Assembly: GCA_040954595.2 (NCBI GenBank)
Contig: CM082578.2
Location: forward strand, 17,553,912 to 17,617,911
DNA from: Balanoglossus misakiensis
Lineage: Eukaryota; Animalia; Hemichordata
Reading direction: 5' to 3'
DNA length: 64,000 nt
The notes under the pieces: model-generated
The model's input: only the letters and a program-made list of their open reading frames with translations
What the model was told of the DNA's origin: nothing
The model's database searches: none
Made by a program: the position numbers and the translations under genes
Part shown: in pieces, positions 15,001-27,194 of the stretch
How the letters are laid out: each line of letters opens with the position of its first letter
Position numbering within the stretch: position 1 is the first letter of the stretch

Positions 15001-18000
15001 ATCTGAAAATGTAGATTTGATGAGCTTTTGGACTGGCTTCGTTGTCTTGACTGGCGAGAGTGCATGAACAAACTGAATATATGCTACACGCAAACTGATA
15101 CCACTGTAGTGCATCCTCAAATATAAAAACAACTCATTTCTTCAAAGCTGACAGGTTCCCCCCCCCCCCCCCCAAGAGACTTGTAGTCCACTTACCCGTG
15201 TCTGACTATCATCATTTCATAGGTCTGGATAATCTTCTCTCTGAACACATCAACAAACTGCACGTTGTGTTTCTTGCACATTTCTTCTACTGCTTCCAGG
15301 AAGACCCGGTAGTCGGCTTCCGGCAGCTCCACTCCCGGGAATAAATCGGAGACGATTCCCTCGAAGAGCGGGATGTCGTGGGACAAGAACTTTGGTCTGT
15401 TGACATCAATGATGGACCTCAGTAGCTGTGGAAAAATGATGTTCCCATGTTATTTTAAATCATTTTAAATAAACTAACAAAACACAATGATATGAATGGA
15501 AGCATTTCTTGCAAGAGTGAGTCGTTACTTTATACAAATTGGCACTCTGTCACACTTACCAGAATGTCTTCATTCTCATCCGGGAATTTCAATTTGAGAT
15601 TTCCAGCAGCTACTAAAACTGCCTTGACAGCCCTCATGCCGTAGTCGTAGTGAAACTGGGATGACAGCTGTTCTGAGCACAGACGGTATGTCATCACAAT
15701 CTTGACGGCCAGATTGCGGGCATCGATGAAACCAAAGGAGTAGAGAGAAATCTCTCCGATCATGGCATAGTCTGGTACCATCATGGCCACAGTTCGGAAC
15801 AGCACCTAGAATTTAAAAACAATTTCTTTGAAATTAAAATTCTGTTATGATACATATTTGATAGTTTTGACCTTTGATACTGCAAGGTAACCATTACTAC
15901 TGGTAATATGCACATAAATAAACTTCTACATGGTGTTTGTACGATTTACAAACAGTCTCACAATCATTTAATATTATTTCTACATTTCATTGCAAACTAA
16001 ATCTTGACTCACCTTGAGGTTGTCAGGTAATTCAGAACGTCCAGCATAGCCTGGGTTCATGGTGATAGCCACAAAACAGTTGGGGTTCAAGACAAGGTCA
16101 GTGCCTTCAAAGGAGAAGATCTCAGCATGGTCCATCACAGCTCTTTGGATACACAGAATCTAGAAGATCAAAATGGAAATAATATATGATGAATTGATAT
16201 TAAATCAAATTAGTAACAACCACTGCATAATAAACTCATTTGCTTGTTTGTTTGTTTTCGTCTAGATTTCAGCTGCATAAACAATGGACATTGCCTGAAT
16301 TGAAATCCTGTGTACGTTGAAGAGTTTAATTATTTCTCTATGCTCTGTTACACTAACCTGTTGGGCAACCACTGACAACACTTCCAGTTCAATTCTGTTG
16401 AACTCATCAAAGCACGCCCAGGCACCAGACGACGCCAGTCCCTTGAAGAACTTGCTCATGGCCAGATAGTCCAGACCATCGGAGCAGTTGAACACAACAC
16501 ACTGCACGGCCAAGGCTTTGGCCAAATCTTTGGTGGTCTCTGTCTTGCCTGTGCCTGCAGGACCTTCCGGAGCTCCTCCCAAATTCAAATGGAATGCACC
16601 CACCAGGGTACGGTAGCAACGATCTGTGAGTGGTGTGATGACCAATCTGTAGAGGAGCAAATGCATTATGAGTGGCAATTTAGAAAATTCAGTGAACTTT
16701 ACCATATCTTGTCTCCATGAGTAAACAAGTATTTGCACCCTGTAACAATATAACTTAAGTGGGCCCTGATTCTAAATTGTCAGACTACATGTACTTCTCA
16801 GTTTAAATGATTCAAAATCTGTAAAACTAGTCCAGAGCATCACTCACTCACTAAATGTCATGCCTTACCTTCCAGAGTTACCAAGGTATTCATTTGCATA
16901 CTTGACAGTGGCATTAGTAATTCTGACCACGCCCTGTTTCAGTTCACCCTTCTGTTCCCAGTAATATCTCAGCTGGGCCAACCAGTTGAAGTCGTTCTCA
17001 GAGGTCACACCTGTTGAATTCAAAAGAAATAACATACTAAGGGTAAGCCACATGTGAGGCAGGGTGACATAAAGCATTGTGTGTGTTGCAATGGTTCAGA
17101 ATATCTTGCTGATGTTCACTTGAAGGAAGAATGTATGAAACTGTACCTTTCTTCACCATATCGACAACAACATCTCTGGCATGCACATCAATGACAACCA
17201 GCGCTCCCAGCGTTATACGTGTCTGTTTGGACAGCTTGCCTCTCACAAGCTGAACGATGTCTGCCAGCTGAAGTCTCAGCTTCTCCAGGTACTCCGACAG
17301 TCCCTGGGGGCCAGCACGGATGGCTTCATGCACCTCCATGGTCCAGTACATCTGAGACACGCAAAGCACGACTTGACCAGGCCACTCCTGCACCCAGTCC
17401 TCACGGGCCTCGATCGCATAGGCTTCATACGCTGCCTCGATGACGTCTCTGACACTCATCAGCATCACATCCTGCACCTGCAGCAGCCACTTTTCCACAG
17501 CCCCGCGCGCCTCGGACGTCGAGATGATGGAGCTCAACTTGACCCGCTCGCCCTCACTACTGAACATGGCCGAGATGTCCAGGGTCGGAGAGAACTCCAG
17601 TTTGGCGATGCCTTCAAAGCATTTCTTGAGATGAGGTTGAACACGCAGTGGGTCTTTGGTTTCGGAAAGGATTTCCAGCATTTCGTCATTGGACAAGAAG
17701 AAGAATCTGCACAGGACAAACAAACAAACATAAATCTTATGAAGAGCAGTCAATGTAGCCTGGGTACTACAATGGATATGTACATTAGTGTACACTGTCC
17801 CTGTGTTTGAACAGAATTGATCACTTACCTTGGGAAGAACAAACGTTTCTTTTCCAAGTAGGCATTCAGTCCCTTCATGATTCTGTCTAATAAATTGTTA
17901 CTGTCAAGAAGTTTCTCCAAAAGTCCTGCCAGGGAAGTTGCAACCATCACCTATGAGACATCAAAATGGTATTGTATGTTTAAATTATTATGTTCATACT

Positions 18001-21000
18001 GATACATGTATGTACTACAGACTGAAATCTGCCCAAAATAACATCAGCAGTCTTTGCCTGGCCCTGCATTCTCACCTTGGCATCTTTGCTGGTATGTTTC
18101 ATCACATCCTTCCAATTCCTATCCACCGTCTGGAAGAGACGTCCCTCCTCTGGCATCTGTTGCATGATGTCTTCTGAACTGAAGATGGGTTCCAGGTACA
18201 ACCACTGGGCCTGTACTTTCAGCCACTCATCGATGGTTTCCTGCACCCGGATCAGTTTCTCTTCCCATTCCTGGGTGGAAATTATAACACAGGGGCGTTA
18301 AATATTTTATACACTGGAATGTTGGCAGCAGGTACACCACAAATTCTGTCACTTGACTTAGACACAATTCATACACCATATCAAAGACAACACTGGCTGT
18401 GAGTTGAGGTAGAGTTATTACCTTGATTTCCTTCTCGAACGGCTTGATGAAAGGAGACCCCCTCATGGTCTGTGTTTTAACAATCTGATCGTCTAGCACA
18501 GTCTGAATATCGTCAACTGATGCAAGGATCTTCACACCAGTGTCTCTGTAGTCCACTAAATTGAAGTCAATGTCTTCCCACTCATCCACCATCTTGGTCA
18601 AAGCCTTCTCCAAGGAATATTCCTGGAATACATGGAAGTGTTTTGTAAGTAATGCGGTACATATTTGGATTCATAAATGTGCCAGAAATCCTCCGTCAAC
18701 ATATACATCATTCATGTAAATGTCTGACTGTACCACAAAATCCCTTACCTTGCTGGCAGCAGCACTGATGTTTTCAAATTGTTCCATGAACGGATCCAGG
18801 TTCTTCTTGAGAACCTTTCTCAATGTCGTACCCGTATCTGGGGTCATGTCAAAGCCTGCGATGTCCGATATCTTGTCCCAATGTCTCTGTCTCAAGCCGG
18901 GGTTGCATAGAGTGGAAATTACCGGGATGAATTCCTGTGAGTGTGTGAAAAGGACAACAGGGGTGTCAGAGTAACAACAAGGTGAGCTCATGATAATTTC
19001 TAAGAAGCTGAAACATCTACAATGGCTCTCTGTATACAGATTTTCTGGATACAAGATTCTACTTATTCATGACATTTGTATGATTCTCTTCTTAAGCACA
19101 TTTGCTAAAATCACAAAATGAGTTGCTGTAAAAGTGTGTGATTCAACCCACGTTTTCTCATTCCAAAACTGGTGACTTTGAAGAAAACAATTCATCAAAC
19201 TCATTCTACAGCATACCTTGAATTCTTTCACTTGTTCTTGAATCGTGTTGCAAACTTTCAAGGCAGCCATTCCTGGTTCCTCTTCTTCTTTCTTATTGTC
19301 TTCTTCTCCTGGAAGCCGCCGTCTTTTCACCGGAGCATTCTTGGCCTTCTCTGCTCCCTCTTTCTTCTTGGCACTGACGAAGGTCTTGGTGATCTTGTAG
19401 ATCTCCCTCCAGAACTCATCAGCCTCACCTTCAATGGCTTCGGAGTTCAACTCCAGGAAAGAACCATCCATCCACCTGAGATTTCATCATCAAGAGAGAA
19501 AGCTATTAGCATACAGTAGTCTACTCGGTGTGGGAAGTAGTAAAAGTACTAATCCCTTTCACCATGAGTATCCAACACACAATAACTTTCTTCTTCTATG
19601 ACTAAGCGATATTTCTCTTTTCTAAAACATGGTAGATGCACTCACTTTTTCTCTGCTCTCTGCCACTTGACAACCATTCCAAAGAGTTTCTGATACGGTT
19701 CAATAGCCAGAGTGATTTCTTCTACTTCTGGGTAATTGGTCTTGTCCCATTTGTACAATGCTTCTTCCTGCAATTGCGTTCACAATTGAAAGCAATATAT
19801 TTACATTGTTGAAATAACAGAATTTGTTGGTTATTTGTTGTTCTGTTATAATCATGCAGAGTACGTAAACTGACATAATTAATAATAATTGATCTCTTTC
19901 AAACTTTCTTTCTCTGGTACACAGACTGAACCATGCATTTGAAAAACGGGTTGGACTTCCACCGTTAATATCTCAACTTGAATGGGGAAAGAATTATTGA
20001 CCACCACAGAAAACTGACCTTATTGATGGTAGAGATGCCTTCTTGGGCATCATTGACACGTTTCTGTACAGCTCTGACATCATTGACGTACTGCACCATC
20101 ATGTCCAACTCTCCGTATTCACCAAACTCTTCCACGCGTCTCTTGAGTTTCTCCAGTTCCAACATGACCTTCTCTCTCTTCTCCAGTAATTCTCTCTCAC
20201 CTTTCCTCTTGGCGTCTTCTACAAGCTGTAATGGGAAAGCAAGAACAGGAATAGTTAAATTTAATCAAGACAACCATATGTAAAGATCATCAATTGAAAA
20301 ACTGATGTCTAGTCTTCTAATGATCAACAATGAAAGTGAATTCCTCTCCTGTTTTGTCATCAGCTGCAATAGTCTTTCATTTCAGTCAGATATATCCAAA
20401 AGAAATGGTAAAAGCCATAACTCTGATGTCCTCAGAATAAATTGTTTCTGGTTGTGATGTTACAGACACTGTAAATGGGAGCTTACATCATCGTTCTCGT
20501 CAAAGACTGGTTGTATGTTCTTGGGCCATGTCAGCACCACACAGTTCAAGTCAATGTGATCTTGAGGGAAGAAGTAGACATCGAGGAGGAAACTGAGCTT
20601 GGTTTGCTGCTCCTTGATTCGTTCATTCAGAGCTCGTATTCCGTCGACGCGAGCCTTCTCGATGTACGACACCATGTCTACCAGCTCCTCAGGCGTCTCA
20701 GGGTGTCTAAGTGCACGCGTCTTAATGGTTTCAAACTCCTCACAAATGCTGTAATAGATGAACAGATGGAAAATGCTGGTGAAATACCTGCAAACATTAT
20801 TCACACATTGAAATGTGCACAATATGCAATAGAGAATACACAATGGAAGTCACACGAAAAAAGTTCCCACTTACGCTTTGTTTTCTGTAATGTGATCTGA
20901 AGACAGCCTCTTCAATAACAAATCGGCATAGCTCCTGGATTTCTCGGCTAATCCCCTTTTCAAATCTTCGCAATCCAGCCTCACCATATCGAAATGGGCA

Positions 21001-24000
21001 ATGGAATCCAGACCCAGTATTTCTCTGGCAAGGTCACGGAACTCATCAACAAACTACAAGGAAAGATAAAACTTATCATCAATAGGTTGAAAGAAATTCA
21101 TGTTTTCCCCATCACACCTAGTTGGTAAGGTTAGTAAAAAAAACACACACAAAATCACAGTAACACGTGTTAGATTACATCTAGACAACACAATAACAAA
21201 CACAGAAGCAAAATTCGATGGACACACAGCACACAGAGGGAGGACCCTGGTACCTTGCAGTACTCTTCAAAATTATGCTCTTCACCCAAGAACTGTGTCA
21301 CTCTTGATAAGGCTTCTCCATTGCACAAGAATTCATACTTATCCACTGTGAAGAAAGAACAGAGATAGTTCATCAGTAATCAATGAACAAGACACATTTC
21401 ATTTTCAACAATGATTGGTGAACAGTGAACAGAAATGGATGTGTGGTGGACTGTCCATGATGAATGAAGTAATACTCTATAGACATCTGGCTCTCTCATA
21501 TGATTTAAGCACAAAACTAAAATAGTCTTGAAACAAACCTATTTTGACATCTGTGACCTGAGCTCTGTAATGTGTTGATGTTACTACGAGTGGATGAGTG
21601 AGTGAGTGAGTGAGTGAGTGAGTGAGTGAGTGAGTGAGTGAGTGAGTGAGTGATAAATTGATTGAGTGAGTGAGTGAGCTGTGGGTGATTGAGTTAGCAA
21701 GTTAGTTTTAAGTGAGTGAGTTAGTGAGTGGGTAATTGGTGTTGGTTATGATGATAAAAGTGCTATTTGAATAGCTAAAGAAATCATAAAAGAAAAGATT
21801 GCAAACATTACAGTTACGTGTATACAAATTTATGCGCCTCTGCATCAAACCTGCCTGCACTGTCTGACATTGCACAAGGCACTGTTTGATGTAGAGAGCA
21901 TGATTTTTACTCTAGCCTTACAGACACCTACATGACAAACAAATTCCACTTACTGTAACTCTGCAGGTGTGCCTCGGGCCCTTCAAAGTTCAGCTTGCAG
22001 GCTTCCAAGAGTTTGCCATTGGCCCAAGTCAGGACGTGGCGCGCAGTGCTGGCATCAATGTAGGACAGCTCGTTAGTACCCGATAGCCAGGACTGTACCG
22101 TGGGAACAACCTGCATTGTCTTTGTAATCTGTGTCACCACAAACAGCAGGCATTCCTCCAGGTCAGAGAAGTATGGGTAGAACTCCATCTTGTCGTTGTC
22201 GAAGGTGAGTTCCATCTTGAAGATGGGCAGGTGTTGCTTGTCGTCAAGATCGAAGAGAGCCACCCATGCTTCTATAGTACGTACTATCAGGTCTTTGAGC
22301 TGAAACGAAAAAGAGATCATGTATCAATTACATTATCATTTATCATTTACAAGGCAGCTAAAAAAAAAATTGGTGTCTTCAATACACTCCCTCGCACAAT
22401 GGCCACCCTGCAGACATGCTATTCTGGAAGAAAAAACAGTCAAGTGAAATTTTAACACAACACAATTTTCAGTATTTTTCTGCAACTCTCTGAAATTAAA
22501 TGGTATGTATTTGTCTGTCTGTCTGTAAGAACTTCCTTTTTGTCACCAATGTCTTACCTGATTTGAAATCAAAGTCTGTACACTGTTGTAAAAAGATTCC
22601 AATTTTTCTCCTCTGATGTCCCTGAACTTGTTCTTGTCTACAAATTCATTCAGAACCTCTGGCCACCAACTGAAATAAACCATCAAAGTGTATGTAAGAA
22701 ATGATACAGACACGTAATTTTCCTTTTTAGCATATGGGCAACACACACTGCACATTGATATGGCTAAACCAGAATCGCAGCCAGAATGTTATTCGCTCAC
22801 CTGTGCATGAGTCGTTCCTCGGTTTTCTCCAGGTCGAGGATGACATTATTCTTCAAGTGTTCTATCTCTATTGGTCCCTGAGCTCTCACTGAAGACAGAT
22901 CAATGAGGGGAGACTTGCCCAGGTCTTTCTGACATTTCCTCAACACTGTCTGCATGGAGGGATGTGTGATGTGTAGTGAAGTTCGGATCTGTTCTTTGTT
23001 CTCCAGGAAGTCTTCCCTCCACGGACTGGAATAGTCCAAGCCACTGTTAAAAAAAGAAGTGAATATCAAGCCAACATGCAAAAAAAAGAAAAGAGGGAAA
23101 CTCAAAGTAACAGATCTAAAGGTAATCATTTTTGTTTTCAAATCTCCTTACATACCTTGGTTCTTCTGGGAGTCTTCCTGTCTGGTCATCTTCTAGACCT
23201 TTGACCTCTGGTTTAACTAAAACATGTTGAACTGCAATGAAAGCCAAAAATGAGAATACAAGTAAGAAATTTGATTCTGGTAAGAAAACATCTAAACCCA
23301 AGGTTTCTACTACAATTTTCTACCTGTACCTTTGATAAAACTAAAGTTCAATCTGACTTGGAATTCTCAAGAAGCCACACAACTTGTGCTCTGAAATATC
23401 TCTGATTTGAGCATATTCATTTCTGGAAGACTATTCAATCACGCACAAAATAATTGTCTGCCTTACCCATGGATCTTTTCATACTAGTTTTATAGTCTTT
23501 TCTGACTTCTTCAAACAGTTCCTCGATGTGCTCCTTCATGCTGGGAGACTGTTTCAGTTTGTCAGGAATCATGGTTAGAATGGACTCCGTCCAGTGATGC
23601 TCCATTGGTACGACCGGACCACTCTCTACACATTGTCTCATATATTGGTAGTTGACCTACGGATGCATGTAACACAGAATGGTCAGAAATAGGAATGGAA
23701 TTACTTAACCCTTTCACCACCATGGTTCAGTCCAAACCCAACTTTTTCTATGGTAAAGTTGGACCTCTATAGAGGGAACTTGGGGGTGAAAGGGTAAAAT
23801 TATCTCTCTTAGGAATAGCCTGGCTTGTTTGTGTTTTGTTTTACTAAATTCTACTTTACATTTTCATCAGTTGGTTAAAGGTATACGGTCACCTATACAA
23901 ATTTAGCCACAGTTACCATGGTAAATCGAGATCTAACCAATCACAGATTTTCAGTGGGTGGCACACGCGAAAATAAAGTGTTCTTTAGAACACTCAAATA

Positions 24001-25469
24001 CGCCATTTCAACTATATATGGCGATATGTAAATTGGAGGTGACCGTATACCTTTAATCATTTCAGGAAGTGTTATTGAATATGCATATAATGATGATTAA
24101 TATTATGTCCCTCCACACTGAATGAGATCATTTGTAACATCCACACAAGTAACAGTTTACAGTGATATGCAAATGTACAGCAACCACCAGTTATATGTAT
24201 ACACACAATAATTTTGTTTATTCTGCTGGCCAAGGTCCTATGTGAAGGAAGATGCATCATTATACAACTCACACTTTCACAGCATACTGTACATTATTTT
24301 GATCATGCCAACAATAATGTAATGCCATATTGTATGTATACTTACTCTGATTCGCCTTTCCTTGCTCATCATCTTTATAGACAAGTATAGAAATTAGCAT
24401 ATGGGGGGAGGGGAATGCGCAGATAGATGTGACAGAAGCAACAGAAATGATAGGAGAACAAACAAACATTTGACAACAAAAAATGAAGGGAATTAAAAGT
24501 TTGGAAATTGATAGAGACAGAAGACGAACATTAACAGGGAAAAAAATGAGGAAAAAAGAGAAACATGCCATTAGTATTTTTCAAAGACTGTCAATATTGT
24601 TGATATTGTCGTTGGTAAAAATTAATAGGATGGTTCTCTGGTTGTATCGTCTCTTTATCATTACAAGGACATTTTGTTTTTTCCTGAAACTAGTTATTAC
24701 TATTGACTGGGACGTTTTATGAGAGAGTGGTCAATGGTCCTAAACAAGCGACCATTATTACTGACTGCAAGGTTTTATAACAGAGTTGGTCAACAGTTTC
24801 AGGGTTGTTAGATTATATTACATGTATTAAATTTAATCCCAAAATGCAAGTCATAGTGACTGTCTTTGATACATGCACGTATATAGACTGCAACTTTTCT
24901 TGTACTAGTATTTAAAACTTACAAGCAGTGAAACAAAAGGATATGTATATTCATATATTCTATGGAATATATAGAGCATGCCAGTGACTTTAGCGTCCAT
25001 TTATATGTTGTATCAACATACGCCTGATTTCTGTTGCAGCTCTAAATAATAATATTCAAAATTTTGATTCACTGACTACTTGTATAAATCACAAATTAAA
25101 CTTCCAATTATCTTATTTTCATTTTAGAGCTTAGCTAATACACACCTCTGCTGGATAATCTGGATCACCTTTCTTGGGGGGCTTTCCTCGACTTGCATCA
25201 GAAATCTCCTCATAGTTCTTCAATGCTTTGTCATTCATAATGTCTGTTAACAACTGTTGCATTTCCTCTGCGCGTCTGTACGTCATTAATTTGCTGCGGG
25301 TGAACACATTGGATCCGTTGGCAGATGTTCCTGCTGACGTGATTGGTGGTAGATGTACACCATTTGCGTTGGGACTGGAACGTCCTGCTGGAATGCCATT
25401 TCTCATGGTGGGCCCACTGCGAGGGCCATTTGCAGCCCTCTGTCGATTCACTGGCGATATTGACGCCAT
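1..25469 (-). CDS. DNAH12: Axonemal inner-arm dynein heavy chain, DNAH12-like; about 55 GT-AG coding exons, 3' end outside the window
   Basis: P-loops AAA1 [11 protein letters not shown]2 [11 protein letters not shown]3 [11 protein letters not shown]4 GVGGSGRQ. Also the linker ([20 protein letters not shown]), stalk coiled coil/MTBD, AAA5 ([10 protein letters not shown]) and AAA6 ([23 protein letters not shown]). The N-terminal tail (LPPI...SKLMTYRR...[41 protein letters not shown]) matches my recollection of vertebrate DNAH12. The ATG at 25469 directly follows a cag acceptor. Confidence 0.92.
1934..2022. mobile_element. Diverged, inverted copy of the 23709-23794 MITE
   Basis: Aligns by eye to the reverse complement of 23709-23794 (tagaggcccagctttaccac...tttggaccaaaccatggc...aaagggtta). 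Confidence 0.65.
3490..3513 (-). CDS. DNAH12: Candidate 24-nt alternative microexon in the dynein motor (adds FSQETDPQ)
   Basis: ttctttgtatcag|GTTTTCTCAAGAGACTGATCCGCA|gtaagt. In frame and stop-free in the phase-2 intron between ANILM and AKKEMEH. Confidence 0.55.
21595..21652. repeat. (GAGT)n microsatellite, degenerating to about 21730
   Basis: Direct tandem repeat in a dynein intron. Confidence 0.95.
23709..23794. mobile_element. About 86-bp piggyBac-like MITE
   Basis: ttaa-CCCTTTCACC...GGTGAAAGGG-taaa termini; a second, diverged copy lies at about 1934-2022. Confidence 0.7.
23879..24052. mobile_element. Non-autonomous DNA transposon (MITE), Kolobok-like
   Basis: Perfect 16-bp TIRs AGGTATACGGTCACCT...AGGTGACCGTATACCT, with TTAA on both sides (23875-23878, 24053-24056). 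Confidence 0.85.
24346..24372 (-). CDS. DNAH12: 27-nt microexon of the dynein tail (MMSKERRIR)
   Basis: Minus strand reads ctatacttgtctataaag|ATGATGAGCAAGGAAAGGCGAATCAGA|gtaagt. Phase 0-0, joining PDYPAE to VNYQYM and filling a gap of about 9 aa relative to recalled DNAH12. Confidence 0.8.
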
Positions 25470-26063
25470 CTGAACCAAACAAAACAAAAGTAAAGTTACC
25501 ATACATTAAAGTCATAAATGCAAACTGGATGCCAGTTCAATGACAATTGACAGTGACACAGCAGATTAATCAATAGTTGTTTTAATGGCATATGTAACTT
25601 GTAAAATCAGTCCTTACAATACTGTATAAGTTTAATATACAGTATAATTTTGTTCATTTTTGTCTATGATTATGAGGGCATGTCAACTATCTGTTTTGTT
25701 GAAAACATTAAATATATGGGATGAACGTAACGTGAACTTTTTAACGTGAACTTTTTAATATGCAACTTTAGAAGATAACTGTCTTCTCCAAGGTGATGAT
25801 GCATGATTAGCTGTGGTAAGCAGTTATTGGGGGGGGGGGGGGGGCTGTGGGGGTAATCACCCCCCCCCCCCCCAACGGTACAGCTGCATACCACAGCTAA
25901 TGCATGGTATGAACGATCTGTCGTCGAGGCGAAAAGTCGAGATATATCAAAAGTCACTGTGGTCATTGGAGGCGAGCCCCCTTGCTCCTGAGAAGCACGA
26001 ATCCATCATGGCTGCCTTCATGCAGTGTCCGTCACTATAAACAACAAATCGATTAGCACATAC

Positions 26064-26549
26064 CTCGGCGATTTTGTCTAATTACAACGACCGACGAAGA
26101 AAATGGAGATGGTATTCTCAGTGGGTCCACAAACTGAAAGCGTACATCCTGACAGTGTTGATAAGGTATCGCTTAATGTACAGTACAGCTCCGGTAGAAG
26201 TACAACTTCTACGTCTTGTGGCTTTGCGATTTGTTGTTATGGCGATTTACGGAGATTACCGAACTTAGCCGAAGAGTCGAGTGCCAAGGAAGTGGAGCTG
26301 TTCCATTTACACTGACATAACGGCCTCTTCGATTGGTCAGGATTCCACTATTCTCAATTGTTCCAGCTCGGCAACAAATCAGATTGGGCGATTTATATTG
26401 ACCGTATCCCATAGAAACCAGACGTCACACAAACAGTGCTGGTTCACAACAGCCATGTCTTCGAGGTGAAACCGAGTGGACAGAAACCAGCACAAAGAAT
26501 ACTGTTTGGGGGAAATTTCGTTAAAGTGATATAAATTCAGATTGCCAAG
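26064..26549. promoter_or_regulatory. Putative bidirectional promoter and first exons of DNAH12-like (-) and IQUB (+)
   Basis: Minus-strand donor GAG|gtatgt at 26064 and plus-strand donor AAG|gtaaga at 26549. Between them: ATTGG (CCAAT) boxes at 26332 and 26383, X-box-like GTTGTTATGGCGAT (26233-26246) and GTATCCCATAGAAAC (26404-26418), and CRE-like GACGTCA (26421). Confidence 0.6.
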
Positions 26550-27194
26550 GTAAGAATCCGTGTACGATAAAATGATTATGTGTGATAGTGCCGTCGTTTT
26601 TGCGTACTGATCGGGAAATCAACAACATCACTGATGATAACACCACCCGATTAGTCGTGATTTCGTCTGTATCGTGTATTATCAGCTGGCGGGAAGAGCT
26701 TTTGGCAAATATAATGCAAAACATTACATTCCATATGATAAAGTGACTGTACTGTCAAAATATTAACTCAGTGCCATTTTATGTCGCAACATCGCCCTGC
26801 CTGTCAAGTGAAATCAACGTTAGGTTTGCTAACTGTATCTTGCTTGGGATAGGGTGGTGGTGTAGATTATAATACTCTACATAAAAAGCTAAGTCCCCGT
26901 AGCTTGTTGCCTGGCAGATGTGGAATCAATTAAATCTTTGCAGTTAGTACTGCAGGAATGAAGTTATACTTTTATAGAGGGTGCATTGTATTTTAATATT
27001 TTCAAGAGTTTAATACACCAAAAGGGTGCCAGAAGACTGTGACCCAAATAATAGCAGACAGTGCCAGGGCTCTGAGTGTCCTACCTTCATTCGCACACCA
27101 CACACAGAACTGAAATTAGAATGGGGCTGTCTTCCTTCTCATCACATTAATCAGCCAATCTGATTTATTGTACTTTAATTACAGTGCCGAAATC

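Noticed and set aside
17181-17810. 209-aa plus-strand ORF and similar antisense ORFs over dynein and SEFIR exons
   Set aside because: Antisense shadows of GC-rich coding exons.
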